Below are positions 27,244 to 35,416 of a stretch of DNA of 64,000 nucleotides, piece by piece (positions within the stretch are counted from its first letter, which is position 1; every line of letters starts with the position of its first letter). Under the pieces are notes generated by a model. The model was not told the DNA's origin and did not search any database. It worked only from the letters and a program-made list of their open reading frames with translations. The position numbers and the translations under genes were made by a program. Source of the DNA: a virus; the IMG/VR virus record IMGVR_UViG_3300050509_000438, positions 14,416 to 78,415 of that record; one strand, given 5' to 3'.

Positions 27244-28466
27244 TTGCGTATGATTACTTTTGAGTCTTCAAATACATCCGTACCGTCGATTTCCGCATCG
27301 CACTTGGATAAAAATAAATTGATCCAGTACTGGATAGCGTCGATGTATTCCGGACGACCTTGTGCATCGACCACAGGCTTCTTGCTCTTATCTCGCTTCT
27401 GGATGCCAGGAAAATCAGGATGAGACATGCAGTGATAGATGATTGTCGCGAGTGCTTTTGGTACCTTCTTAGGATCATTGAACTTGAGCACATACTTCAC
27501 TGGACCTGTCTCCATGCCGGGAACTTGCGTTGCAGCCTGCTCCGCAAATGAATTGCTCATCTTATCGAGTGATGCTTGCGTCTCGATCTCAAGTTGTTGT
27601 TTCTTATTCTGCTCCGCAATCTCAGCCTCTCTGCGTGCCGCTTCCTGCTGTGCCTTGCGTTTCTGCTCAAGCTCAAGCTTCTCCAGTGCCTCTTTGTCGT
27701 CGGCAAGTTTCTTCCGCTCGAGCATCTCCTGCTTCAGGTCGGGTATCTTTGCGCGCCATGCGTTGATGATCGGGGTGCATTGCTCCATGACAACAGTGTT
27801 CCATTTGTCGAATGATTCCTGTTCAATAAGATCCTTGTACCATGCAGCCATCGCTTCATCTCGTTCATACTTACTGGGTAAGAAGCATGCTTCCCAGTCC
27901 TCTGGCTTGAGCTTAGGCTTCATCTTCTTGTAGTCCTCGGCACGCTTGTCGAAGTCATCAGGTGTCGACGCCGCGAAATACTCAGCCGATCCGGTCTCCG
28001 CCTTCCTGACCTTTTCCGTAACCAGATTATTGAGCGCCTTCAGGATACCGGTCTTCAGGTCTACCAGGTAGTTCTCACGTTCGCGCTTTCTGGCAGCCTC
28101 GGCCTCAATCGCTTTTTTCTTATCAAGTTCGCGCTGCTTATAGGCAGCAAGAAGACCGCGAAGGCGGTTGTACTCATTGTCCTTCTTGGACTTGTAGTCG
28201 AATGGGGAGATCAGCTCTCGAGCTTGATCAAGGATGGACTCTACCGGCTCGGCAAGCTTTCGATACAGCGGGTAGCTGACATCGTCGTAGGTGATCTTGA
28301 GGCGCGCACAGAGTGTCTCTACCTCAGAGTACTCATCTTCGCTCTCCACTTGCGTTACCGCTCGCGTAACAGCCAGTGCTTTGTCGTGGCTGCTGCGCAA
28401 CTTTGGGATGATAGTCTTGAGGTCCTCGATATTGAGTTGAGGAAGGCTGTTGGTTTCTTCGGTCAT
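27240..28466 (-). CDS. Coiled-coil hypothetical protein (recombination-module neighbour)
   Basis: 408-aa ORF with long E/K/A/Q-rich helical stretches. Confidence 0.55.
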   Translation of the reverse strand: MTEETNSLPQLNIEDLKTIIPKLRSSHDKALAVTRAVTQVESEDEYSEVETLCARLKITYDDVSYPLYRKLAEPVESILDQARELISPFDYKSKKDNEYNRLRGLLAAYKQRELDKKKAIEAEAARKRERENYLVDLKTGILKALNNLVTEKVRKAETGSAEYFAASTPDDFDKRAEDYKKMKPKLKPEDWEACFLPSKYERDEAMAAWYKDLIEQESFDKWNTVVMEQCTPIINAWRAKIPDLKQEMLERKKLADDKEALEKLELEQKRKAQQEAARREAEIAEQNKKQQLEIETQASLDKMSNSFAEQAATQVPGMETGPVKYVLKFNDPKKVPKALATIIYHCMSHPDFPGIQKRDKSKKPVVDAQGRPEYIDAIQYWINLFLSKCDAEIDGTDVFEDSKVIIRK

Positions 28467-28548
28467 GCTATATAAGTTCAGTTTTCATCTTGTCACATCC
28501 ACGTTGTCGTCCATAAAGTCTTGCTTTAAAAAACCTCTTTGGTTTATG

Positions 28549-28705
28549 AAATAGTAGAAGGATTCGAACCTTCAATCCCGATTCCTTTATTGCTCAGTCG
28601 GGAAATCCACCTTATCAAGTCATGAGCAAAAGGCCTCACGCAGTCAACGCTTCGGCACTCATATAGACCATTTGTGGAGGCGTATACCAATTCCGCCATA
28701 CTATT
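28549..28705 (-). ncRNA. tRNA-like RNA gene with oversized anticodon/variable region (157 nt)
   Basis: Minus strand has acceptor AATAGTA/TACTATT, D-arm GCG-AAUUGGUAU-CGC with GG, and T-arm GAAGG-TTCGAAT-CCTTC. A TCCAC/GTGGA stem encloses 63 nt where a 7-nt anticodon loop is expected. There is also a TCCCGA/TCGGGA arm. A small hairpin + T-run follows at 28527-28545. The 311-nt gap contains no ORF. Confidence 0.5.
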
Positions 28706-28716
28706 TACCATGAGGT

Positions 28717-28752
28717 GAACGGCTTCCCCCTCACGAGTCGCCGTTCCGTGAG
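28717..28752. other. Interleaved inverted repeats (H-type pseudoknot potential) 5-prime of the tRNA-like gene
   Basis: GAACGGC (28717-23) pairs with GCCGTTC (28740-46), interleaved with CTCACG (28730-35) pairing with CGTGAG (28747-52). Confidence 0.4.
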
Positions 28753-28777
28753 CACCCGCCTGGTGCCCGACTCTGAG

Positions 28778-29731
28778 TTATGTAAAAGGAACCTGATCGT
28801 CCTTTTTTGTTTTCTTCTTGCCGCCGGTCACCTCCGGTTCATATACCTCGCCGGTCCGCTCGTTGACATCAGCGCGGAACTCGGCTGTCTCACCTTGCGC
28901 CACCAGCGTCGGGTCAGCTACCTCCTCCTGCTGCGCCGGCAGATCAATGGTCTTCTGTTCTTCTTCATCCGGAGCCTCATACTGCTTATACAGGATCACT
29001 GTATCCGGCTGCTTGTACTCCACCTTGAACACATAGTTGATCACGCTCTTCTTAGCCGCCTCGCCGTAGTGCTGCTGCCAGAGCATGCCGCCTTCCTTCA
29101 TCTGGCTTTTGGATCTTCTGATTTTGAGTTCCTCCAGTGTCAGCATGTAATCGCTTGACTTGCCATCAGCCCAGTCTACCGTAACGTACACCGCCATCAC
29201 GGTCTCTTCGCTGGGCCTTGGTACCGGGAATGACATCTCGTGCTTTGTGACGAGTTTGAGTTTTGGGTTGTATGAAAACTGATCTTTATTGAAGACCAGC
29301 ACGGGGTCGTTGACACGCTTGATGGTTGTCATGCGCTCGAGCATCTCTTTTTTTGCAAATGGATCGGGATCAACCTTCATCATCTGCTTCCAGCTACCGT
29401 CCTTCTGCTTAACTCCTTGCGGACGCAGATACAGCTTCTCCGGCGAGACACCATAGGAACCGACCTTGACGAAGGCGGCAAAAATAGAGAAGGGATCACA
29501 TTGCATGAGCTCCGGGTTGGCATTCACCTTCTCCATGAAGGCGAACACATCGCGCTCATATTTCGATGCACCATCTTCGCGCGTGGTGACAGCCTGGTAG
29601 TTCTGGATGTAGCGGTTCTTGATCGCGTCGATCGCCAGAAGGTCTTTTACGTTCTTGGCGGCTGAAATCTGCTGCTCAAGAGCCTTGATCGGATTTGTTT
29701 TCTGTATTTGAGTTTGGTCTGCCATTGTCAT
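28778..29731 (-). CDS. recT: RecT-family single-strand annealing protein
   Basis: 317-aa ORF whose central region (CDPFSIFAAFVKVGSYGVSPEKLYLRP... and VNDPVLVFNKDQFSY) matches the RecT layout. An exonuclease candidate lies in the same operon. The tail ends in KKDDQVPFT. Confidence 0.65.
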   Translation of the reverse strand: MTMADQTQIQKTNPIKALEQQISAAKNVKDLLAIDAIKNRYIQNYQAVTTREDGASKYERDVFAFMEKVNANPELMQCDPFSIFAAFVKVGSYGVSPEKLYLRPQGVKQKDGSWKQMMKVDPDPFAKKEMLERMTTIKRVNDPVLVFNKDQFSYNPKLKLVTKHEMSFPVPRPSEETVMAVYVTVDWADGKSSDYMLTLEELKIRRSKSQMKEGGMLWQQHYGEAAKKSVINYVFKVEYKQPDTVILYKQYEAPDEEEQKTIDLPAQQEEVADPTLVAQGETAEFRADVNERTGEVYEPEVTGGKKKTKKDDQVPFT

Positions 29732-29749
29732 GCTTTGTTTATGTTGAGG

Positions 29750-29774
29750 TAAAGGTGTAGAAAAGATTTTTACA
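29750..29774 (-). promoter_or_regulatory. Promoter-like boxes for the minus early operon
   Basis: Minus strand reads TGTAAAAAT (29774-29766), cttttcta, CACCTTTA (29757-29750), 18 nt, ATG at 29731. Located in the divergent region between the two main blocks. Confidence 0.45.
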
Positions 29775-29814
29775 TTAAAAGTGTTTTGAGATTTTTTATT
29801 TCAAATTTAATTCA

Positions 29815-29822
29815 CAGCTTTG
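29815..29822 (+). promoter_or_regulatory. YAnnTTTG box next to start codon
   Basis: CAGCTTTG, 5 nt upstream of the ATG at 29828. Confidence 0.35.
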
Positions 29823-29827
29823 CTTTC

Positions 29828-30019
29828 ATGAAATTCATCAATAAGAACGAGTTTTACAAAGAGCTCATATCCAGGCATGGCAAGGGGTATACTTACATTA
29901 AGGTGTGCTCTGCGCTTGATGGTGATCAACACACTACCTCAGACAAAGAGAAGAAGCAGATGATCGCCATCGTTGAGGAGCAGTTCAAAAGAGTGAAAGA
30001 AAACATCCTTAAATCATAA
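29828..30019 (+). CDS. Hypothetical small protein
   Basis: In-frame ATG (MKFINKNEF...) inside track ORF 29786-30019. First gene of the plus block. Confidence 0.45.
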   Translation: MKFINKNEFYKELISRHGKGYTYIKVCSALDGDQHTTSDKEKKQMIAIVEEQFKRVKENILKS

Positions 30020-30022
30020 TTC

Positions 30023-30346
30023 ATGGACTTGCAATTAAACATCAATGCTGAGGAACTTGCTAAAAAGCTTACCGATGCACTTACAACCGAGGCTTTCTTC
30101 AAACTTTTCAAGGAATCTGTGGAGTCAGAATTAAAACGACTCACTGAGTCCAATGCATGGAATGGCACCAACACCATCATGCGCAGAACTATTGAGGGGT
30201 TCATTGCAGAGGAAATGCGAAAGCAACTCGATAACGAATACAAGCCAAAAATCCAGGCAGCGATAAAAGCCCGTCTTGAAAAAGAAGACCTTGACAAGCT
30301 TTGTGCTGAACTTGCAGATAAAGTTAATATCAGAACTAACTATTAA
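30023..30346 (+). CDS. Hypothetical protein
   Basis: 107-aa helical K/E-rich ORF. Confidence 0.5.
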   Translation: MDLQLNINAEELAKKLTDALTTEAFFKLFKESVESELKRLTESNAWNGTNTIMRRTIEGFIAEEMRKQLDNEYKPKIQAAIKARLEKEDLDKLCAELADKVNIRTNY

Positions 30347-30352
30347 ATCACT

Positions 30353-30967
30353 ATGACACCGCACCTATGTTGCCCGCAGACCCTCACGCCGGAAAACCTC
30401 GGCCAATGGATCGAACAGAATTCGAAGCATTCCTTCGAGCACAACGAAAAGATCCCACTCACTGATCTCGACATTCAGGAGTTCGAGCACAAGTCTTCAG
30501 CCGCCTCACGTGCCCTGGACCGCCTCAAGCTTGTAGAGGACAACTTCAAACATTACATGAAGCGCGGCACTCCAGTGGAAGTTGGCATCGTACAGCCCAT
30601 CGACATTACCATACCGCCTACTGCCGGCACGGATGTGCTCAAAGCCAACCGCGAGCACGCCGACAAGATACTTGAGCAGGGCTACCAGGTGGAGATCACC
30701 AAGCTTTACACCATCCCTTATCCTGAAGAGAGCACCATGGTAGTGGTTACCATCGAGGGCCAGGAGTGGCCGATGTATACCAAGCCCATGGGTAAGGACC
30801 AGAAGGCGATGTACGGGGAGTTGTTTGCGGAGGGCGGGAAGAGAGGACATATCGGTACTCCTTTGAAGAACAAGAAGGAGGTAGCAATTGAGTTCAAGCG
30901 GCCCGATGAAAGTTCATATCAAGGCGATGGAGATGATTCCACACAGGCTGATGGTCTCTTCAGTTAA
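30353..30967 (+). CDS. Hypothetical protein
   Basis: 204-aa ORF. No motif recognised. Confidence 0.5.
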   Translation: MTPHLCCPQTLTPENLGQWIEQNSKHSFEHNEKIPLTDLDIQEFEHKSSAASRALDRLKLVEDNFKHYMKRGTPVEVGIVQPIDITIPPTAGTDVLKANREHADKILEQGYQVEITKLYTIPYPEESTMVVVTIEGQEWPMYTKPMGKDQKAMYGELFAEGGKRGHIGTPLKNKKEVAIEFKRPDESSYQGDGDDSTQADGLFS

Positions 30968-31179
30968 GCCCTCTTCATATTGAACTTAACACCCAGCAGA
31001 TCTCCCCATGCCTCAAGTCCTTCATACAGCGCGTTGCACAGCCTGGTCTTCTCGGCTTCCGTCAGGGTGCTGGTCTCATACCGGCCGATGCTGTTCGCGT
31101 AGATCTTGCTGTACTTGATAGAGGATACTCGCGCGAGCTCGCGCATGGAGACGAGCTTCTTGGATTTTTCTTTTGCCAT
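30964..31179 (-). CDS. Small HTH regulator candidate (lone minus gene in plus block)
   Basis: Start set at the internal ATG 31179 (MAKEKSKKLVSMRELARVSSIKYSKIYANSIG...), which has an HTH-like segment. A TACCTTTG box lies 5 nt upstream. Confidence 0.45.
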   Translation of the reverse strand: MAKEKSKKLVSMRELARVSSIKYSKIYANSIGRYETSTLTEAEKTRLCNALYEGLEAWGDLLGVKFNMKRA

Positions 31180-31184
31180 AGTGG

Positions 31185-31201
31185 CAAAGGTATGTAAAAA
31201 T
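31185..31201. promoter_or_regulatory. Back-to-back recurrent boxes (divergent promoter region)
   Basis: CAAAGGTA (TACCTTTG on the minus strand, 31192-31185) abuts TGTAAAAAT on the plus strand (31193-31201). Confidence 0.45.
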
Positions 31202-31303
31202 AAATTAACATCATAACGCATGAAAATCATCCTTGTGAGTCTTGTTGTAGTGGCGTTTGTTCTGTACTACGATTACATTAAGGCTGTACTAAAAAAATAA
31301 CAC

Positions 31304-31570
31304 ATGATCAGCATCGGCCGGCATGGAACCAAAGTCAAGATTACTATTGAAACCGGAATGGCTACTGGCGGTGACCTGTTTTTATACTGGGAGTGTAGCA
31401 ATGAACTTTTCGCAGAACTACTCACCACCAGGCTTCAAAGAAAATTAGCTGATCGCATAGAGGCTATCCGGCAGGAAGAATACAATAAAGGCTGGAAAGA
31501 CGCCAAATCCAAAAAGAAAGCGAAGCAAACCTGGTTCACTAGCGTGTTCCGACTTTTCTACGAAAAATAA
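31304..31570 (+). CDS. Hypothetical protein
   Basis: 88-aa ORF. Confidence 0.5.
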   Translation: MISIGRHGTKVKITIETGMATGGDLFLYWECSNELFAELLTTRLQRKLADRIEAIRQEEYNKGWKDAKSKKKAKQTWFTSVFRLFYEK

Positions 31571-31601
31571 CCCCTATCCTAAATGCAACCATGAGAACAA
31601 T

Positions 31602-31838
31602 TTGACCAGTATGACCATCACAATTAAACTCCTCGAATCCTACCGTGATCACGAGCACATCATTGTTCGGGCGCGGTACGGCGAACTCAACCAGGAAATA
31701 AGAGCAGAAGGCAATGATACAGACAGCGCTAAAAAGAATCTGGAGCTTCATTTTAAAGCTCAACACGGCCCTCATACAGTGGTTCGGTTTACACTTGCAC
31801 GAGCGCGAACTGGAGAGTCTTACCAGGGCGGAGATTAA
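31602..31838 (+). CDS. Hypothetical protein
   Basis: 78-aa ORF that overlaps the next ORF out of frame. Confidence 0.4.
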   Translation: MTSMTITIKLLESYRDHEHIIVRARYGELNQEIRAEGNDTDSAKKNLELHFKAQHGPHTVVRFTLARARTGESYQGGD

Positions 31839-31962
31839 GTTGCTCTACCTGGGCAACCATCGCCTGCAGTTCATCAAGGCTGTAGCAATGGGCATCATCG
31901 GCGGAGTGGCTGTTGGGGTTGTGATTGGCGTGAGCGTGATCAGTATAATGAGAGCGTGGTAA
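31714..31962 (+). CDS. Hypothetical protein with C-terminal TM helix
   Basis: 82-aa ORF ending in MGIIGGVAVGVVIGVSVISI. The 125-nt out-of-frame overlap with 31602-31838 may reflect a frameshift. Confidence 0.4.
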   Translation: MIQTALKRIWSFILKLNTALIQWFGLHLHERELESLTRAEIKLLYLGNHRLQFIKAVAMGIIGGVAVGVVIGVSVISIMRAW

Positions 31963-31973
31963 ATTAGTAAAAT

Positions 31974-32210
31974 ATGAATGAAGATAGAACAGCTATGATC
32001 ATCAAGATGCTATTGCATGGCGATGAGAATGAAAAAAAATTAACTGCAAGACTATATCCTAAAATAGCGTCTGCGCTGAGTGGTTCTGGGCTTTATTTAA
32101 TTGGACGTTTTTTAGAGGATACCGGTATTAAAGAGAACGGATGTCTTGTAATGCCAATCATATACAAGGGAGTTGATCTTAATTTGGAGATTACTGTTAA
32201 AAAGAAATGA
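31974..32210 (+). CDS. Hypothetical protein
   Basis: 78-aa ORF. Confidence 0.45.
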   Translation: MNEDRTAMIIKMLLHGDENEKKLTARLYPKIASALSGSGLYLIGRFLEDTGIKENGCLVMPIIYKGVDLNLEITVKKK

Positions 32211-32383
32211 CCTGCCTCTCCTGCCGCCGTGACCTCCCGCGCAAGCGGTTCGCGATCGTAACCTCGACCTATATTACCGTCAAGGGGGAGAAGCGGATCA
32301 ACAAGGGGCGCCGGAAGAAATGCAACAGTTGCACATGGGGGCGGAAGTATAAAAAGAAGAAAGAAACTTTAACGTGTTATTGA
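32207..32383 (+). CDS. Small basic Zn-ribbon-like protein (58 aa, below track cutoff)
   Basis: Own translation gives MTCLSCRRDLPRKRF...KKCNSCTWGRKYKKKKETLTCY, with CxxC...CxxC. ATGA overlap with the upstream stop. Confidence 0.4.
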   Translation: MTCLSCRRDLPRKRFAIVTSTYITVKGEKRINKGRRKKCNSCTWGRKYKKKKETLTCY

Positions 32384-32384
32384 C

Positions 32385-32612
32385 ATGTGGCACTACGTAG
32401 TAGTTGAGATCGAGCATACTTATAATGGGTATAGTTCTTCCGGAGAAGTAGCTATCACACAGCCCTGCTGGAACATTGTTTACAAAATCCCGATCTATCG
32501 CGATGACCTCGGTGAAGAAGAGTCGCTATGCCTCAAAGGCTGCCTCTCCTGGATCGAGAACAACAAAGCACCCGGCAGCAAGTATGCTGTGATGAAAATG
32601 TATTTAGTTTAA
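32385..32612 (+). CDS. Hypothetical protein
   Basis: 75-aa ORF. Confidence 0.45.
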   Translation: MWHYVVVEIEHTYNGYSSSGEVAITQPCWNIVYKIPIYRDDLGEEESLCLKGCLSWIENNKAPGSKYAVMKMYLV

Positions 32613-32621
32613 TAAAGCAAT

Positions 32622-33668
32622 GTGGATCATACCTTCAAACCACCCTCTTTACTCTCAGTTTGCACAGGTCGTCGTGGAATCGAAATCGGAATTGAGAGAG
32701 CAATTAGATCATTTCGGCGCTTATTCGGTGATAAAGAATGGGAAACCAGAGACGTTATCCAACCTGCCGTTTATGTGGAAATCGAATCCGTTATCGCCTA
32801 CAATCTGGTTGCGCAAATGGAGCAAGGTGTATTGGCTCCCACTCCTGTTTGGACGGACCTTAAAACATTCCCATGGGGGCTATTTCGGAATAAAATATGC
32901 ATCCTCACTGGAGGATATCCATGCCAGCCCTTCAGTACAGCCGGAAAGCAGTTCGGAGTTAATGATCCGCGACACCTCTACCCATATCTCGAATACGGAG
33001 TCGATGCAGTTAAACCTGTTTGCTGCTTCTTCGAAAACGTCAGCAACCACATCAATATCGGATACAGAGAGGTCAGACATTCTTTGGAAACGCTTGGTTA
33101 CACGGTTGAAGAGGGAATATTCTCGGCGGAAGAAGTTGGCGCGCCACACTTACGCAAACGCCTATTCATCCTCGCCGTGGCCGACTCCTACTGCACAGAA
33201 CAGAGTAAGAGACGAGGAGACTTTGCAAAAATGCTTGGCCTTCAGGAAGGCCAACGCGAATCAGAACACGGTTCCTCTTTATCTGGAAGAAAAAGTGAGA
33301 TTATGGAAGACTCCAATATCAAGCGAGTTGGAAGGAGGCAAAATGAAGATATTGATCGGAAAGGACGGTCGTTACAAACTAAGAGATCAAGTGATGGAGT
33401 TGGCCTGGCCAACTCCATCAGCCAGAGATTGGCGCAGCGGAAAAAGCAATCAGCACGAGAAGAATTCCAGACCATTGAACGAAGTTGCTTTCCATCAGGA
33501 CAAGGGCAATACCAGCAAGGATGGGAACATCCTCGTCTTGAATCCCGCATGGGTTTTACAGTTAATGGGTACGACTTTACAGAAGACCTTCTTCGCCTGG
33601 CGGGAAATGCCGTCGTTGAGCAGCAATCTGAACTCGCCTTTAGAACACTCTTAAATAAATTTATATGA
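32622..33668 (+). CDS. DNA (cytosine-5) methyltransferase, with frame anomaly
   Basis: GTG start. Motif I-like LSVCTGRRG, motif IV GGYPCQPFS, motif VI FFENV, motif VIII HLRKRLFILA, motif X LAGNAVV. TRD-type WPTP motifs occur only in the overlapping frame ORF 32620-33654. Confidence 0.7.
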   Translation: MDHTFKPPSLLSVCTGRRGIEIGIERAIRSFRRLFGDKEWETRDVIQPAVYVEIESVIAYNLVAQMEQGVLAPTPVWTDLKTFPWGLFRNKICILTGGYPCQPFSTAGKQFGVNDPRHLYPYLEYGVDAVKPVCCFFENVSNHINIGYREVRHSLETLGYTVEEGIFSAEEVGAPHLRKRLFILAVADSYCTEQSKRRGDFAKMLGLQEGQRESEHGSSLSGRKSEIMEDSNIKRVGRRQNEDIDRKGRSLQTKRSSDGVGLANSISQRLAQRKKQSAREEFQTIERSCFPSGQGQYQQGWEHPRLESRMGFTVNGYDFTEDLLRLAGNAVVEQQSELAFRTLLNKFI

Positions 33669-33892
33669 CCGCAACCTACATCGGAACAACCAACAAGCAC
33701 TACACTGCCGGCAACACGTACTCGTTGCAAACACAGAACTTCACCGGCCGCCGCTACAAGGATCTCAACGATCGAGTCGGTGAACCCGACAACAGGATCA
33801 TGGTATGGAAGAATGAACGAGACGCCGCGCTCAAAGTGTACGAGACGCAGGCTGACATCGCTAAGGACTTTGTGGTAAAGACGGATTGGTGA
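33665..33892 (+). CDS. Hypothetical protein
   Basis: 75-aa ORF with a 4-nt overlap onto the MTase stop. Confidence 0.45.
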   Translation: MTATYIGTTNKHYTAGNTYSLQTQNFTGRRYKDLNDRVGEPDNRIMVWKNERDAALKVYETQADIAKDFVVKTDW

Positions 33893-34104
33893 TGCGACGG
33901 TTCTTCAGGCGACTATACTTTAAGGTGTTCAAGCGATATGAACGGCTTGAGTTCATGTGTCTCAATTGGCCGGAGGCTGATGTGCTGCTCAAAGAGAACA
34001 AAAATAAATCTGAAGAAGAGCAATGGCATCTGGCGAAGGAAGAAGATTTCAATCAGATTTATGGGACTGTGTTTCTTGAGAGAAGGAGGAGGATATTGGA
34101 GTAG
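33886..34104 (+). CDS. Hypothetical protein
   Basis: 72-aa ORF. Confidence 0.4.
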   Translation: MVMRRFFRRLYFKVFKRYERLEFMCLNWPEADVLLKENKNKSEEEQWHLAKEEDFNQIYGTVFLERRRRILE

Positions 34105-34136
34105 TTAAAAGAGATCGATTATTTGATTGAGGTATT

Positions 34137-34820
34137 ATGAACAAAGAGCACCCAATTTTATACAGCACACCGATGATCCGCGCAAAGCTGGAAGGTCGGA
34201 AGACGCAGACGCGGAGAATATGTAAGCCGCAGCCTGAATTAAAACCAGAGGAATATCGAGGTAGTGAGTTTGGGGATTACTGGTGGCCATCGAACAAAGC
34301 TAGATTGATGTTGGACATCAAACAGATGCAAATGGTTTGTCCCTACGGAACAGTCGGCGATGTTCTATGGTCGCGAGAGACGGCATGTATAGAAGTAGAC
34401 CCCGAAAGTGGTAATCATTACCCTGTTTATAAAGCTGACTGTCCCAACTATCCATTAGGATCGAATCGATGGACACCATCAATTCATGTCCCTAAAATTT
34501 ATTCCCGCATCTGGGAGCGTATCACAGACATTCGTGTTGAGAGGTTGCAGGACATCAGCGAAGAGGATGCGATCGCTGAAGGAATTATCCGTATATCAAC
34601 AATCATTGATACTGAGTGGTACGCCAACTACGGAAACGAAGATATAGGAACATCACTTCATCCAATCGAGTCTTACCGCACGCTTTGGGAGTCGATCAAC
34701 GGTGAAGGCTCATGGATTGTCAATCCCTGGGTATGGGCGATCACCACTGAAGTACTGTCAACCACCGGCAGACCGAAAGAGTTGAGCGACGAACTGATTC
34801 TAAACATACCTGAGAGATGA
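34137..34820 (+). CDS. Conserved phage protein with ASCH-like N-terminal motif
   Basis: 227 aa. The N-terminal ILYSTPMIRAKLEGRKTQTRRI is a motif I recognise from ASCH-like prophage proteins often found near DNA methylases. Confidence 0.45.
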   Translation: MNKEHPILYSTPMIRAKLEGRKTQTRRICKPQPELKPEEYRGSEFGDYWWPSNKARLMLDIKQMQMVCPYGTVGDVLWSRETACIEVDPESGNHYPVYKADCPNYPLGSNRWTPSIHVPKIYSRIWERITDIRVERLQDISEEDAIAEGIIRISTIIDTEWYANYGNEDIGTSLHPIESYRTLWESINGEGSWIVNPWVWAITTEVLSTTGRPKELSDELILNIPER

Positions 34821-35083
34821 AGCCGGTCTTCGTGAAAAATATTCCTGATGAACTGGAGCCTAATACTCACTATATCTCAGAGGAGTTTTCAGTATCAGCT
34901 CACTTGTGCCCTTGTGGTTGTGGCCTTCAGGTATTTTTGCGCCTCGGTAATCAAAACAATAAGGATGTAACTGAATGGTCTCTAATAAAGGATGGTGAAT
35001 TTGTAAGTATTGAACCATCGATTGAAATACGAGGTAATTGCCGATCACACTATTTTATTACTAGAAATGAAGTTAAATGGTAA
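34817..35083 (+). CDS. Small Zn-binding protein (CPCGCG...PSI...C-x-SHYFI)
   Basis: 88 aa. HLCPCGCGLQV...IEPSIEIRGNCRSHYFITRNEVKW resembles a DUF6527-type pattern (recalled from memory, not verified). Confidence 0.45.
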   Translation: MKPVFVKNIPDELEPNTHYISEEFSVSAHLCPCGCGLQVFLRLGNQNNKDVTEWSLIKDGEFVSIEPSIEIRGNCRSHYFITRNEVKW

Positions 35084-35104
35084 ACACACCTAACAAATAG
35101 AGAG

Positions 35105-35416
35105 ATGAGTGAAGCCCAACACAAAGAAATCGTGCGCAGCGTGCGCAGCGCGCGCAACATACCATCCAAGTACATGATGGCCACCAAGGCGCTGCATCTA
35201 CTCGGGGACATCTCGCGTGAGACTCCAGACTTGTGCCATGTGCACAGCGAGACCGATCGGTACTACGTGGGATCCTGGGTAACCGGGTTCGGGTTCTTTG
35301 ATGTACTGTTCTCCAAAGAGACCACACGAGAGCTTACCGCTGAGGAGATCGCTTACTGGAATACTCGCGCTGTGCAGATCGGATCACAGCCGCCGATGAA
35401 GCTTAAGGTGGATTGA
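35105..35416 (+). CDS. Hypothetical protein
   Basis: 103-aa ORF. Confidence 0.5.
   Translation: MSEAQHKEIVRSVRSARNIPSKYMMATKALHLLGDISRETPDLCHVHSETDRYYVGSWVTGFGFFDVLFSKETTRELTAEEIAYWNTRAVQIGSQPPMKLKVD

Noticed and set aside
29926-30297. 123-aa Ser-rich minus-strand ORF
   Set aside because: It is antisense to two tightly packed plus-strand genes at the start of the plus block, and its low-complexity composition is a mirror-frame effect.
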